DNA from: Guillardia theta CCMP2712
Taxonomy: Eukaryota > Protista > Cryptophyta
DNA length: 64,000 bases
Assembly: GCF_000315625.1 (NCBI RefSeq)
Contig: NW_005434498.1
Location: forward strand, 1 to 64,000
Reading direction: 5' to 3'
Shown: positions 42,663 to 56,000 of the stretch, one piece after another
Position numbering within the stretch: the first letter of the stretch is position 1
How the letters are laid out: the number at the start of each line of letters is the position of its first letter
Notes under the pieces: model-generated
The model's input: only the letters and a program-made list of their open reading frames with translations
Told to the model about the DNA's origin: nothing
Databases searched by the model: none
Made by a program: the position numbers and the translations under genes

Positions 42663-44405
42663 TTATGCAGTCGCGCCTTGGCACGATGATCCATTTCCAG
42701 CTGTACCTGTTGGAAACCATCACAATCTATCGGACACAGAAGAAAGACTCACATCCGAAGCAATGGCTGTCAGCTACCACAGCAAGTCCTCTGAGCTCTT
42801 CCAAGCTTTGAACATCGAAAACCGTTGGCGAGCTAAAGCGAAAAATGAGATAAAGGCCACTAAAAGGAGGACAGACTCAACCTCAACTTGTTGACTTTCA
42901 TCCCCAACGCCAATTGCTGATTGAAGTCACAATCATACATCTTCCCGTCATACCCGACGGACACCTACTTTGGAGTTACTCTTCGCGCTAGCTGCACTTC
43001 AAGCAAACATCACAAGATTCGTGCACATCAACCCATCCACGGTTGCGAGGTTGAAGTTGCGGACCAGGAGGTCCATATACCTGATGGCAGATCAAAGAGA
43101 AGGTACAGAGATAATGGAATGCTCACTCTTGAAGTTCTCCCCGTCGATACAGAAAGTCAGCAAATCTCTTGATGGGCATATTCGAAAGTGTGAACAAGGA
43201 GTTGAACACGATCCCAAAATGGGTAGAAAGCTCCGTTTTGTATCTAGCTCATTGACCGTTCAGACACTCAAATTTCGACAAAAAGACAGACTTTTCTTCA
43301 AGGGCTTTCTGTTCTGGTGGGAGAAAACCTCCAAGCGGGTTGTAGATGAGATCCAACACAAGGCCGCTACCTTCTGCACCGTAGCCAGCCTGGTTCCTGC
43401 ACAAGAATAAGCATCGAGTACAGCATCACAAAGGAAAAACAAACAATTTCATTAGGCCATGAATGCTCTTCTCAAACACTCCACTCCCACGCTGAGTGTC
43501 CACATTCTTGAGGCTGTAACAGGGAAGTGAAGCAATGACTCGAACCTATTGACGTATGAGTGATTCTAATTGATTTGCGACAGTGACACTCACTTTGTGC
43601 TTGACTAAGAAATCTACAAGGTCTTCCTGACCTGGTTCTGTCAATACCTGCTTATAGTTTACAAATGAACCTGGTAGATATTCTCTCATTTGCAAACCGT
43701 GAGATTGCATCGGTCAATAATCTCTTTGTTTCGAGCGCTTGCTTCCGAGACCAAGAATCTGAACTGATCGTTAAGCTCAGGAGCACCTCCAGTAAGATCA
43801 ATTGTCTTGATAGAAGGCGATTTGTCCAACAGTTCAATGCATCTTTTTGCAACTTCCTTCGACATCATTTCTTTCCTTTTGGGAGAGCTCTCTACATGGC
43901 AATGATTGCATGCCTGGTTGCAGTACAAACCAATGTTCAGCTGCAATATTTCAACTTCCGATTTCTTAAGAGAAACATTTCTATCAGCGAGGAACTTATC
44001 GAAAGAAGGAACGCCGAGGTTGTCGAGGGCCCGCCTTCTATTCTTTCGTTCCTCCATTGTTAGCCGCTGCTGACCAAGTTCCTTGAGATTTCTTGCAGTT
44101 GTTTTGTGATCTTCATCCTCTTCAACATGCCTCATACTATCTGGTATTAGAGATGCTGAAGTTCTGCCTCTGATTTCTTCGATTTTTTTCTCCCTGACCT
44201 TCCTCAACTCAATTCTATGTTGATGTACGTTGACATCTGTGTTGAAATCTGGTGTGACATTGAACATTCTGGACAACGAGGGAGATCGAGCAGAAAGGGG
44301 AGTCGAAGAAACAGAGTCAAATGGAAGAACACATTGACGAAGTGCTTGGTTTCCTTGTCGCCATATTCCTCGCGCAGAGCAAGCTCCAGGCATCCCCCGC
44401 ACCAT
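42663..44405 (-). CDS. arsS: Radical SAM protein, ArsS (arsenosugar biosynthesis)/DUF3641-like, multi-exon, with N-terminal extension
   Basis: Motifs ILQLNIGLYCNQACNHCHVESSP, DLTGGAPELN, IIDRCNLTV. C-terminal SHCFGC|TAGNGSSCQGATA*. Confidence 0.82.
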
Positions 44406-45599
44406 CACAGCAACCACTGCGAGGGCCTTGTGAGTGCGGCCTCCGGGCCGGGAGACCGGGAGATCCCCTAATTTCTTTGACCATTGGATAACTTAACTTT
44501 AGTGAGTAAAATATAAGTACTGAAAATCACTACTGCCCTCTGTGGCATTGCAGCTCCCCGTGAGACCGCCCCCTTCCCCCAGCAATCGAACACTAAACAA
44601 CAGGTGGGGTATCATTGCTACCATACTAGGGTGGGGGTGGATGCTGGATGCTCAGGGACTACCCCCACCAAACTCCTGATTTGATCCACTACCGCTCGTA
44701 CCAATTGTATTGCGCCAGAGACGGAACCCCTACCCTGCTCCTTGAATGCTCACCACCCCTCTTTATACTATCAGAGAGGACAGTGAATAAAAAGGTGGGG
44801 TTACGCGAAGAGACATTCCCCAAGCGCCGCGACCATGATCTTCGCCCTTGTTCCCTTGAAGTAAGAAATGCAGTTAAACGAGTCCTGTTGGTGTACAGAC
44901 CCTCCAATATCCATGTCGAATCTCTTCTGATTTGATTCGTCCCTCTACTGTTCTTCGTGCGTGCGTCACCTTGAACAATTCATCTGGAATGATCCATTTG
45001 AATTGGACGACGTTTTGTGCCCCGATCTCCTTTTCTACCCTGCTGATCTTGCCTCATTCCATCTTCTTTATGCGTTTGCTTGTATTCGGTTGGAATTTAA
45101 CAAAGATTTTACTGTGGTATTGTTGCTTGCCTTGGCGATGACTACTTCATTTTGTTTCTGGATTCTTTGCACCAAACAGCATTGATGTTGTGGCTCTAAA
45201 TGTTTTGCACCCCTGCTTCAAATGTGTCTACTTTTGATTAAACCTTATAGATTATACATAATCTCTGTGTATGTTGCAACATTCATTATTTGTTTGCAAA
45301 AAATAATTCTAGATGTCTCGTGATAATCTGCAGTTCAGTCCTTTCCTGGTGTGAATTTGACAAATCTACCATGAAAATCATGGTCATCTCGTGGCATTGA
45401 TTTGAACTTGTAGGGCTCTCTCTTCCTCCTTCACTAGGATGGACGACACCACCTTGGACGGAACCCCTGGTATCCCTCTGTGGTATGATGGCTTTGGTTT
45501 GATTGGCGTATTTTACAGCTTCGGGCGCCTGGTCCATCGTCGACTCCTTCCATGCTCCGTAAGCTTCAGATGTAGTCGTTTAAGATTTTTAATCTGATC

Positions 45600-47166
45600 A
45601 TTCAGGTTGGACAATCCTTCGTACACGACCTCCGTTCCCATCGACACCCGCTACGGTGGAGGAGCCGGCACTGGTTATTCCGCTGGCTACTTCAGCGGTG
45701 GCAGCACCCCTGTTGGTGATGGAATTTCTCCTGCAAGCTACGGAACTAGCCTCCCGTATTACGGCTACTAAATGTTGTGCAACAACTTGCATCAAGTTAC
45801 TTGATTCAGTGAAGTGTACTATCTGGACCCCTGAAAAAAACACTGATTTATTGTAAAGCAAGAAATCCATGTGAATGGTAAATGAATTAAGTCGATAGAT
45901 GCTAACTCGTCGAAAGGCGCTGCTTCTGTCGGAAGAATCCATGACTGCAATTGTGAGAACGCCTTCAGTTCAAAGGAATCTTTTGCGTTTGCATAGCACG
46001 TTCCAACTGAATTGCGCTGAAACATAAATTTCAGCTAGAGCAGATACATATGAAACAGGATACCTTCTTTGATTCTCCATCTCGAGGGTACGGATACCTG
46101 ACAACAATTTTCAGAGAAGGTAATCTAGGAAATGAAATGTCGTTACGTTCGACAAGCATATCGATTTGAGCCTTGCCATCCGCGATAACTTGTTTGAGGA
46201 CCTGGCTCTCCTCGCTCTCCACTTGGAATCGCATACAACTGTGTAAGTTTTGTGAGATTGCTACAACCCAGCTCCTATAGAGAGTAGCAACCTGTCCTCA
46301 AGCTGAGCGCATTTGTTGCGATATTCATCAACTTGTTCTCCGAGTGAAGAAATGACTTTATCCTGCCCCTCAAACAAGCGGATTCTGTGCAGATTCATAA
46401 ATTTTCGATGAAAAGTCAATTAAGAAGTTACAGTTCACCTCTCTTTCAACTCCTGATTTTGACGTTCGTACAATTGGCAGCTCATCTCCAACTTCGCACA
46501 TTTCTCGTTGACCTCAGTGTAAGCTTTGCCGAGCTCATCAACCTATTTTCGCCTCAAATCAGAACTCAAACAGAAGACGAAATACAATATGATCTACACC
46601 ATGTTCTGACGAGTGAGGTTGGAATCGAGCTCTTTCTTGTACTGCTGGCAAGCCGCATCGAGCTTCGTGCACTCGCCCCTGTACTTGCTGAGCTGTCTGT
46701 TGAGCTGCATCACAACATTCTTCGCGTTGTTGGCAAAAGAGGTTTTTTCTTGGAGTTTGTCTGAGAGATCCTGTATGGTCCTCATGGCTTCACGAAGCTT
46801 CTCTTCCGGGTTGGCTCTTACTCCAAGATCTGAGTTGAATGAACCAGGCATAGCTGGTGGCATACTCAGGCCAGAAAATCCCATACCCGCATTCATAACA
46901 GCTTGATTTGCACCAAGATCATAGGAGATGTACTGCATGGGCACCGTTTGCGTCGGGACGGCGGCGCTGACGCCGACCTGCGATGGCTGAACCTGCACAG
47001 CGCCTGGCAAAAATGCGAACTGCTGCTGCACTCCCATGTCTGTTGCAGAAAGACCAAAAGGAATCTGAGTGGAGTAGATGGAGGGATCGAACTGCTGGAC
47101 TGGCATGCCAGGGTAGTAGATAGTCTGAACGTCTCCAGTCTGCTGGGCACTAAGGGGAAGCGGCAT
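45600..47166 (-). CDS. Hypothetical multi-exon coiled-coil protein; 3' boundary uncertain
   Basis: 190-aa first ORF with a P/Q-rich head and heptad-rich tail, followed by further short exon-like segments. Confidence 0.55.
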
Positions 47167-47916
47167 TGTGCGCCTCCGTTCCTGCCGCGTCGGCCACCCC
47201 CAAGGACAGAGAAAGGGGAAGGGGGTGCAGATTTCCGATAATTTGTGATAGCAATTTCAAATAGTTTGCTGAATTTGATTGTTGTGCGTTGTCCAATCAC
47301 ACAGCTTCAAAGAAACTATTACAGCAGTATGTAAAAAACATTTCGTGGAGCAACAATTGGAAACAAAGATTTGGTATTTTCAAATAATACTGGGAAAGGA
47401 TACAAAGCTATCTTGATGACTACCTATCTCGGAATGAACATGCAGCCACCCCACCCCTTCCAACATACCCCGCTTCCCACCACCGTACCACCACTCCGTC
47501 AGAGGATCTCGCTGTCACTTGACCCTTGCTCCATAAGCTTGAATACCCACCGGTACACTGCAGGTACACAATCTATAGAAATGACCCGTTTTCTAAGTAC
47601 CCTACCCCGTTTCAATCCACAACTGAGCCAATCATTTGAAATCAGCCGTTATACCTCATCCCACCCTACCCCCTCACGAGTCAATAACGCTAAAAGAGTA
47701 CCCTATTGAGGCAATACAGGGGACCCCACAACATCCTATTTCAACTCAGGGAACCCCATGTGATGGGTCCAGTCCAGTCAACGGTACAAGGTACAAGGAC
47801 TGTCATGAAATATAGTGAGCCCTCATCCGCATGAATGCAACCAGACTCAACGTGACTACGGCCTGCCGCAACTTGAACCGGGCCCGGCGCCCTCAGGAGT
47901 TTCAGCACCGCGGCCT

Positions 47917-49670
47917 CTTGTACTAGTCCAAAGTCACGCAGATATCACATCGACCTTAATCTCAACAAGACAGTTTTTGCTCAAGACCGAGTTTAATTAA
48001 TCAATCGCGGCACACGAAACCAGAATTGAGGAGCACATGAGAGATAGACTGCCACGGTATGCTAGGATGTGAAACCCAAGCATCCAGACATGAGGGGACC
48101 TTAGCAAGACGGCTAGGAAGGCCTCCTCTTCGTCACACGTACTACATTGCCGCCTGCCACGTAACGGTCGTCTTGGTTTACAGGAGAGTTTTTGTTAACT
48201 CGGCGCTATCTGACTGGCACGGCTGGCATACGTTCCATCCTCCCCCCGAGTTTCTGAAATAGTACGTTAAATCGGACGTCAGAAAGTCACACAACAAGAA
48301 TGTCAGCAGATCCAAGTCAAGATACGATGATACAACGTCAAGTTCACAGTCATGCTGAGTGGGCAATAACCATTCAAGGATTGTCCATTCTGAAGAAGAT
48401 TTTCATGCAGGGCTATTACTCGGATGTGCAGTGCAGAGATAAGGGAGATGCCTGGCGAGCTGATGCAATAACGAGAGAAGGAGGATAAGATAAGAGAGTC
48501 TGAGGAGAGAACTTCGGAGTTCAGATAACAGAGAGAGAGAGACTCCCGAGAGACGGCGTGCCCGCCGGCATTTGAAGACCAAAAGATAAATTTTGAACCG
48601 TAAAGAACTTGTGACCAGAGATTGCTGCCGCGAGATGGAACATCCGTTTCAAGGCATTCGAAGATTGTTGTGCAGTTGTACCTTGTTCGCCGATCCAGAA
48701 GTAGCTCCAGTTATGCATGCCACAGCCTAGCTCCATGACATGAAAACTTCAATAAGAATCGAATCAGCTTCAAGTGCGTTTCCACACGGTTAAGCAGATA
48801 TTCGACCGACCAATCTGGCTGGGGAAAGGCTTGTTTTTCCTATTCGAAGATCAATCAAACAAATTGAGGCTGAGATGAGACTCCTAAACAACTTGGCTTG
48901 CGGCTAGAAAGAGAGCCTGATTGAAGAGAGGAGTCATCCGAATGTGTAAAGCTTGATAGAATTTGCATGAATTTTCAACAGCAACGGGAAAACAATACCA
49001 AGAAAGAAAAAACTCCAGTAAACAATTCAACTAACCAAATATAAGATCAACATGATTGAGCATGTAATCGAGGCTCATAACCGACGTAATACAAGTTTGT
49101 TAGACTTGTACTAGTCCAAAGTCACGCAGATATCACATCGACCTTAATCTCAACAAGACAGTTTTTGCTCAAGACCGAGTTTAATGCACACGAAACCAGA
49201 ATTGAGGAGCACATGAGAGATAGACTGTATGCTAGGATGTGAAACCCAAGCATCCAGACATGAGGGGACCTTAGCAAGACGGCTAGGAAGGCCTCCTCTT
49301 CGTCACACGTACTACATTGCCGCCTGCCACGTAAGTCGTCTTGGTTTACAGGAGAGTTTTTGTTAACTCGGCGCTATCTGACTGGCCGGGCTGGCATACG
49401 TTCCATCAACAGGCTTTGCCGCACTGCGCTGCGCCGTACCGTCACTCTGTTCCGAAGTAAGGCGGCCCTTCAACTAACCAAACAAAGATCAACATGATTA
49501 ACTTGTACTAGTCCAAAGTCACGCAGATATCCGAGTTCCGCCGGGCCCCGGTGACGGACGAAGCACAAGTTTGTTAGACTTGTACTGTGCCAAAGTCACG
49601 CAGATATAGTTGTAACAAGCCTGAAGACAGGCCCAAGTTTTTGCTCAGCCAAGACCGAGTTTAATGCCGC
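47917..49670 (+). repeat. Local direct duplication: 47917-48239 repeated at 49105-49407, with further fragments at 49502-49670
   Basis: CTTGTACTAGTCCAAAGTCACGCAGATATC...CATACGTTCCATC is repeated with small indels. Confidence 0.9.
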
Positions 49671-50079
49671 ACAGTGGCACTGCGAAACTTGACCGTACTG
49701 AGAATTGCTGAGGGATAGCACTGCTGAGTAGAAAACTGAGCCCTGCATGAAACTTTCAAAATCCGTCGGAGTTCAAGGCTTCAAGAAATGATCACCGGGA
49801 CAAATTTTGAAACCGTCACGTTTCGGCCTTGAACACTGAAAAAACTTGTACACCGAGGCTCCGTCAGAAATCGCGCGTCACGATGACAAGGCTTACCGGG
49901 GGCCGGCGTACCGGGTAGGCTCCGACTCGTCAGATAGCGCCTGACCGACACCCGGCCCGGCGCCCCCGGGCCGCCGCCCGGCCCCGGGCCCCGAACTTGT
50001 ACTTTTCCCAAAAGTTTTAGTCATATTCTTTGAGTAATTCTATCGCTGTTGGGCCGAATGGCGGGATAACGGGCGGAGG

Positions 50080-53000
50080 ATGGAAGGAAGTGGCAGAGAA
50101 CTTGGAGGAGGAGGTGGTGGCGGCGGTGGAGGATCTGTAGCTGGAGCAGCAGGAGTTTCTACTCAGGTAAGGCTCAACGCAATGAATAGGATTTACTTAC
50201 TGCTGCTCATCAGGATAAACCAAAGCCAGGACAAGCAGCAGCAAAAGGGATGGACGTGGTTAGTTCTCGTCTCCAAGTGTTTCCATATAGTCATTTCGAT
50301 ATCCTGCAGGAAAACCTCAAAAAGAGATTTGAACAAGCTCACAAGACGGGAAAGTTAGACATGATCAATATGGGTCTGCCCATCTTCCCAAAAGATATTT
50401 TTTCCATTCCCAGTTTGAAGTCCTTATCCCTTTCAGACAATCAGATCAAAGTAATCCCAAAGGAGATTGGCATGCTCACGGCCCTTTTTCAATTGCGATT
50501 GAATGGCAATCAATTGTCCAGTTTACCATCAGAGATGGGAAATCTAACAAACTTGCAAACTTTATGGGTTCAGAACAACAAATTCGTTGATGTTCCGAGT
50601 GAGATCCAAACCCTGACGGGGCTCACTGCACTTTCCATAAGTGGCAACAAATTTTCTTACCTTCCTTCTTTCTTTTGTGATATGACTTCCCTCAAGGATC
50701 TGCATGTTGAAAGTTCTAATCTGAAATCTCCACCCCTCGCAATCGCTTCCAAGGGTGCAAAGGCCATCATCGATTACCTTGCCACAATAGTCAGAAGTGC
50801 TACTTCTGGAAGCCTTGTCCTCTCAGGCCTACTTCTTGACTTTTTCCCTCCGGATGCAGGAATGTTATCGACGCTCACACGACTGGACATTTCGGACAAT
50901 CAAATACAAGCTTTGTCTGACGATATAGCAGGACTTATCTCACTCATCTCTCTTGATGCAAGCAAGAACAAGATCAAAACTATCTCGGGTGAAATCAAGA
51001 ACCTTACTAGTCTGACGCTTCTATCCCTTGAAAAGAACCAAATACAAGAACTGCCCTTTCAGCTTTGCTTCTGCAGCCGTCTCTTGGACCTCCGCATAAA
51101 GGACAACCCCTTGCAGTCTCCTCCACCAAATGTAGTATCTAAAGGTTGTTTCGATTTGGTTTGCTTTGCAAATTGAACATGATATTTGGTGAACAGGTAT
51201 ACACTTCGTCCTTGAGTATGGAAGGAGGTATTACAACGCTTTGGAGGACAAAGTATTGAACCTGAGTGGAATGGATTTGAACGAAGTTCCCAATGAAGTT
51301 TCAAAAGTGCCAAAATTGAATTCTATAATTCTGGATGAAAATAATCTTGAAAAATTGTCAACCAAGGGATCAGATATCTTGTCCATGATTCCTGCTCTAA
51401 AATCTCTCAGCCTGAGTAAGAATCCGTGGACAAATGTTCTGATTGATAGTTTGCAGAAGTTGAGCGCACTTGAGTCTTTAACGTTCGATTACATTGCATT
51501 CAAGCAGCTTGGTGACGTTGTGAACAGTCTCAAGAATGTTAAAGAGCTGACACTAAGAGGAAATGGGATAAATTCAATACCCCAGGAAGTGGGGAAAGTT
51601 GGACAACTGAACAAACTTGATCTTGGATCCAATCAGTTGCAAGATTTACCAGCATTCATTGGCCACTTGACAGCATTGAAATCTCTCATACTGGATAAAA
51701 ATGTCTTCTTCACAGTACCTGACATTTTGAAAATTGTTGGGACAAGATTATCAAGCCTTAATTTTGCAAATAACATGATATCTGAAATTCCTGGATTTTT
51801 TTATTCTTTTTCTGATCTTGTTTCCTTGAATCTGTCTGCAAACAGAATATCAAAAATTGATTCAGCAATAATGAATCTATCTTCATTAGAATGTTTCTAT
51901 TTTGAAGATAATGCCATAGAGAATCTTCCGGTACAGTTTGGTTATCTTTCGAAACTGAAAGATATTTCCTGGAGGGGAAATAAACTTCGTGTCCCTCCGG
52001 AAGTTCTTGATGGAGGATTGATTTTGTCATGTTCACCTTCTACAAATGAGATTGGTGCCCAAAAATGTGTACAGTATTACAGTATTTTATTGAAGGCCAT
52101 GGAATCAAACGACCTCGATTTGCATGGGTTCGAGCTTTGCTCATTTCCTCACGACATCGAACAATTGACAGCATTGACGAAGTTATCTTTGCAAGACAAC
52201 AAATTGAATTTTATCTCCGAAACTGTTCATGTTCTTCGAAACTTGAAAGTGTTCTCTGTAAGCTCAAATCGCATTGAAGTTTTGCCATCCTCCCTTGGAT
52301 CATTGTCAGAATTGGAGGAATTGGATCTCAGTTCTAATTGCATACAAACGTTGCCAGTTGAAATCGGACTTCTGAAAAACTTGAAGACTTTGAATCTTCA
52401 AGACAACCCGCTCACCGGACCCTTGCAAGACTTGGCTCTGAGAGGAATTCCTGATATTTTGGCATATTTTCGATTAATTCTTGACGCGAGAAGAACCAAA
52501 GAGCTAAATTTAGCTTTTCAAGGCTTTCGATATTTTCCCATTGAAGCATTGTACATTAATGGACTCAAAACTCTCTTTGTAAATGATAATCAGATCAAAA
52601 GCATACCAGAATCACTTGGACCTATGTTGACTTCTCTTGTACATTTGGATGTCTCAAATAACGAAATCGATCTATTACCTTTCACCTTGGCTGAACTTAC
52701 CTCCCTGACAATTCTCAACCTATCTGGCAACACTTTCAAAAATCTACCACCAACTCTTGGTAAAATCACTTCGATTAAGGAGCTCAAACTTGCAAATAGT
52801 GTATTAGAAGCACCACCGGAAGATGTTATAGATCGTGGTGGAGCTGCAATTATGGCGTATTTGCGCTCTTTTCATGTTGGGAATAGAACAGGTGTCCTTT
52901 CTCTAAGTCGGATGAGTTTAGCTCTGTTGCCTCTCACAATGGCGGTCAAAGAAAGGATCACAGAACTTGATTGCAGCAAGAATCAATTGGAGGTTTTACC

Positions 53001-56000
53001 TGATGAAATTGGATTGTTAGTCAATTGCAAGACCATGCTTTTAGATTATAACCTTCTTACATCAATACCCGACAGTTTGCAACAATTACAAAGTCTCGAA
53101 AATCTAAGTATGGATGGAAACAGGCTGTTGAATCTGCCTCGCAACCTGCACATGTTGACTTCGCTAAAAGATATTTCTTTCGTCGATAACAAAATTACAA
53201 ACCTTCCGACGTCCATGGCAAATTTGACGAATCTTACAAGAATAGGATTGGATGCAAGTAAGATGAATTCTCCCCCTCGAGAAGTGTGCATGCAGGGAAC
53301 AAAGAAAATCCTCCAATTCTGCAGCATAATCTTGGAAGCTCCGTATACAGATGCCATTGACTTGGGAGGTTTTGGTTTGAGATCGTTGCCAGAAGAGGTA
53401 AATTACATGTCGACGTTGCAAACCCTCAAATTGTACAACAATTACATTACGGTGGTCTCAAATGAGCTGGGAAGTGTAACAAGCCTGACAGAGCTATGGC
53501 TGTCCTTCAACCAGTTGAAAAAGCTGCCCCAAGCAATCGGTCAACTTGCTGGCTTGATCCGCCTAAACGTGGAGAACAATCAAATTAGTTCCTTACCGCC
53601 TCAAATAGGACAATTGACGACTCTGAGGGAATTATGGGCCAATGACAATGCAATAACACAAATCCCTCCAGTCATTGGTTTGCTTGTTGAGCTACGTGAA
53701 GTTCGACTATCCAATAACTCTCTTTCTAATTTACCAAACGAAGTTTGTCAGCTTGGGGAACTCAAACAATTGCGAATTTCAAACAATCAAATCAGAGCAT
53801 TGCCAAATAACTTTCACCTCTTGACGTCTTTGACGGAATTATCGCTTTCTGGAAATCCTATCACAGCATTACCTGTGAGTATGGGAGCAATGGCAGATCA
53901 TTTACGTAAATTGCACATTGATCCAAAGTACATCGAACTACCTCCAGCTGAAATTGCAGTTAGAGGGGTTTCCCAAGCACTAGGCTTTCTCCAGCTTGTA
54001 AAATCTGCGGAGAGTTCTCTGCACTTGAGTCTTGATGGTTTGGGTCTCACTGAATTTCCGAAAGGGGTCTTGTGGATGACAGATTTGACCAACTTATCCA
54101 TCCAGTCAAATGCATTGACTGAATTGCCGGAAGACATTGGAATCTTCACTGAATTAAAGAATTTGGACCTTGAGAGTAACCAGTTGAAAACTCTCCCCGC
54201 AGCAATCGGCCAACTCACAAAGCTTCAGGTGTTGAATTTGTACAAAAATCCTATGCAAATCCTGCCGCCGGAAGTCGGTCAGCTGAAAATGTTGAAAACT
54301 TTAGACGTTGATTTTCAAAACTTGCAAGTGCCACCAAAGGAAGTCGTTCAGGAAGGGGACGCTTCGAGGGTTCTTAAATATCTTCGCCTGTTTGTGACCG
54401 CAAGGGAGACAGGAGAGCTTTTAGTAGACAAGTACGGGCTCTTGACTGTTCCTCCAGATGTCATGTCGTTCACCTTTGTGAAGAGGATTGTTCTCAGTTA
54501 CAACAAGCTCAAGATTTTGCCAATGGATTTTGGTGTCTTTGTGGAGTTAGAAGAACTTCTCTTAGATCACAATCAGCTGCAGAAGCTGAATGCTAGTGTC
54601 GGCTCACTGTTGCAATTGAAGACGTTGCACCTACAGTCAAATAACCTTCACGACTTACCGAATTCGATTCGAAAGCTGAAGAATTTAGAAGAATTGTGTT
54701 TACATGACAACCAGTTGGAAAGTCTCCCGTCTGGCCTTTGGACGTTGAACAATCTCAAAACAATAAGCCTCGAGAACAATCAATTGCGAGTTCCTCCTGA
54801 TGTAGTGATCACAAAGGGGACGCGAGCAATCATGTCTTATCTTAAGATGATCGACTCTGCAGTGACAACGTTCCGGGTGGATTTGAGTTCAATGGGGCTC
54901 ACGGATTTTCCAACAGAAGTCCTTAGCATGAGTGGGATCACAGACCTGAAACTGTCAAATAATTACCTGCAGAGGATTCCTCCAGAGATTGCTGGGATGG
55001 CCTATTTGTCGAGGCTGCAAGTAGCTTATAATCAGTTGACGAGCTTGCCAACGAATATCGGTTTGTTACCTGCCCTCTCGCGTTTGAATCTGGAAGGCAA
55101 TCAGTTGAGCCTTTTGTCTCCTGCCATCGGAATGTTGACTTTGCTGGAAGCTTTGAAGGTGGACTTCAATATGATCCAAATTCTTCCGCCAGAAATTGGC
55201 AACCTGAGAAACCTTGAAGATCTGAGTATCTGCAACAATCAGGTCAAGACCCTTCCGCCTGAGCTCTTCAAATTAACTAAACTGCGGCGTTTGGCGATCT
55301 CAAATAACAGTTTAAATTCCATTTCTGGAGAGATTTCGCTTCTGACAGGTTTGCAAAGTTTGGTGACAACGGGAAACCGCATTCGGATTCTTCCTCCTTC
55401 AGTTTGGCGTCTTGTGAACCTTCGAGAAATAGATGTAGGGGGGGAGGGTACTGAATCGCCCCCCCCCGAGATTGTTGAGCGTGGCCCTGCTGCCTTCCTA
55501 GCCTTCCACAAGTCAATAGAAGACAGTTGGAAAGATTATGAATTGCACATGGTCAACATTGGTCTCAAAGGCTTGCCCAATGCGGTAGCTGAACTAGTCA
55601 AAGTCACGAAGTTGAATTTGTCTAACAATGAGATTGAGAGCATCTCTGATAGAATTGGTGAGATGTACAACCTGCAGCAGATAGACTTTAGCAACAATCA
55701 AATATCCAGCATTTCGTATAGCATAGGATTGCTGACTGCATTGACCAGCCTAAATCTAAAGAACAATCGGCTGAGTAGTTTGCCTTTCTCTTTAGGAAAT
55801 CTGCCCACTCTGAACTTTCTTGATCTGGAAGGAAACAACTTGGAGTCACCCATCAAGGAGATATGGCCGAATGGAACAGAGGTTGTCATTGAGTACCTGA
55901 GAAGTGTCTTTGTCGGTGCCAAGACGCGTGAGTTGGATTTGAGCAACATGAATCTAAGTTCATTCCCTCCTGAGATCGCAGATGTGCAGGGACTGAGATA

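Noticed and set aside
44600-45560. Possible transposon relic between arsS and the coiled-coil gene
   Set aside because: No recognisable protein motif or defined termini could be supported.
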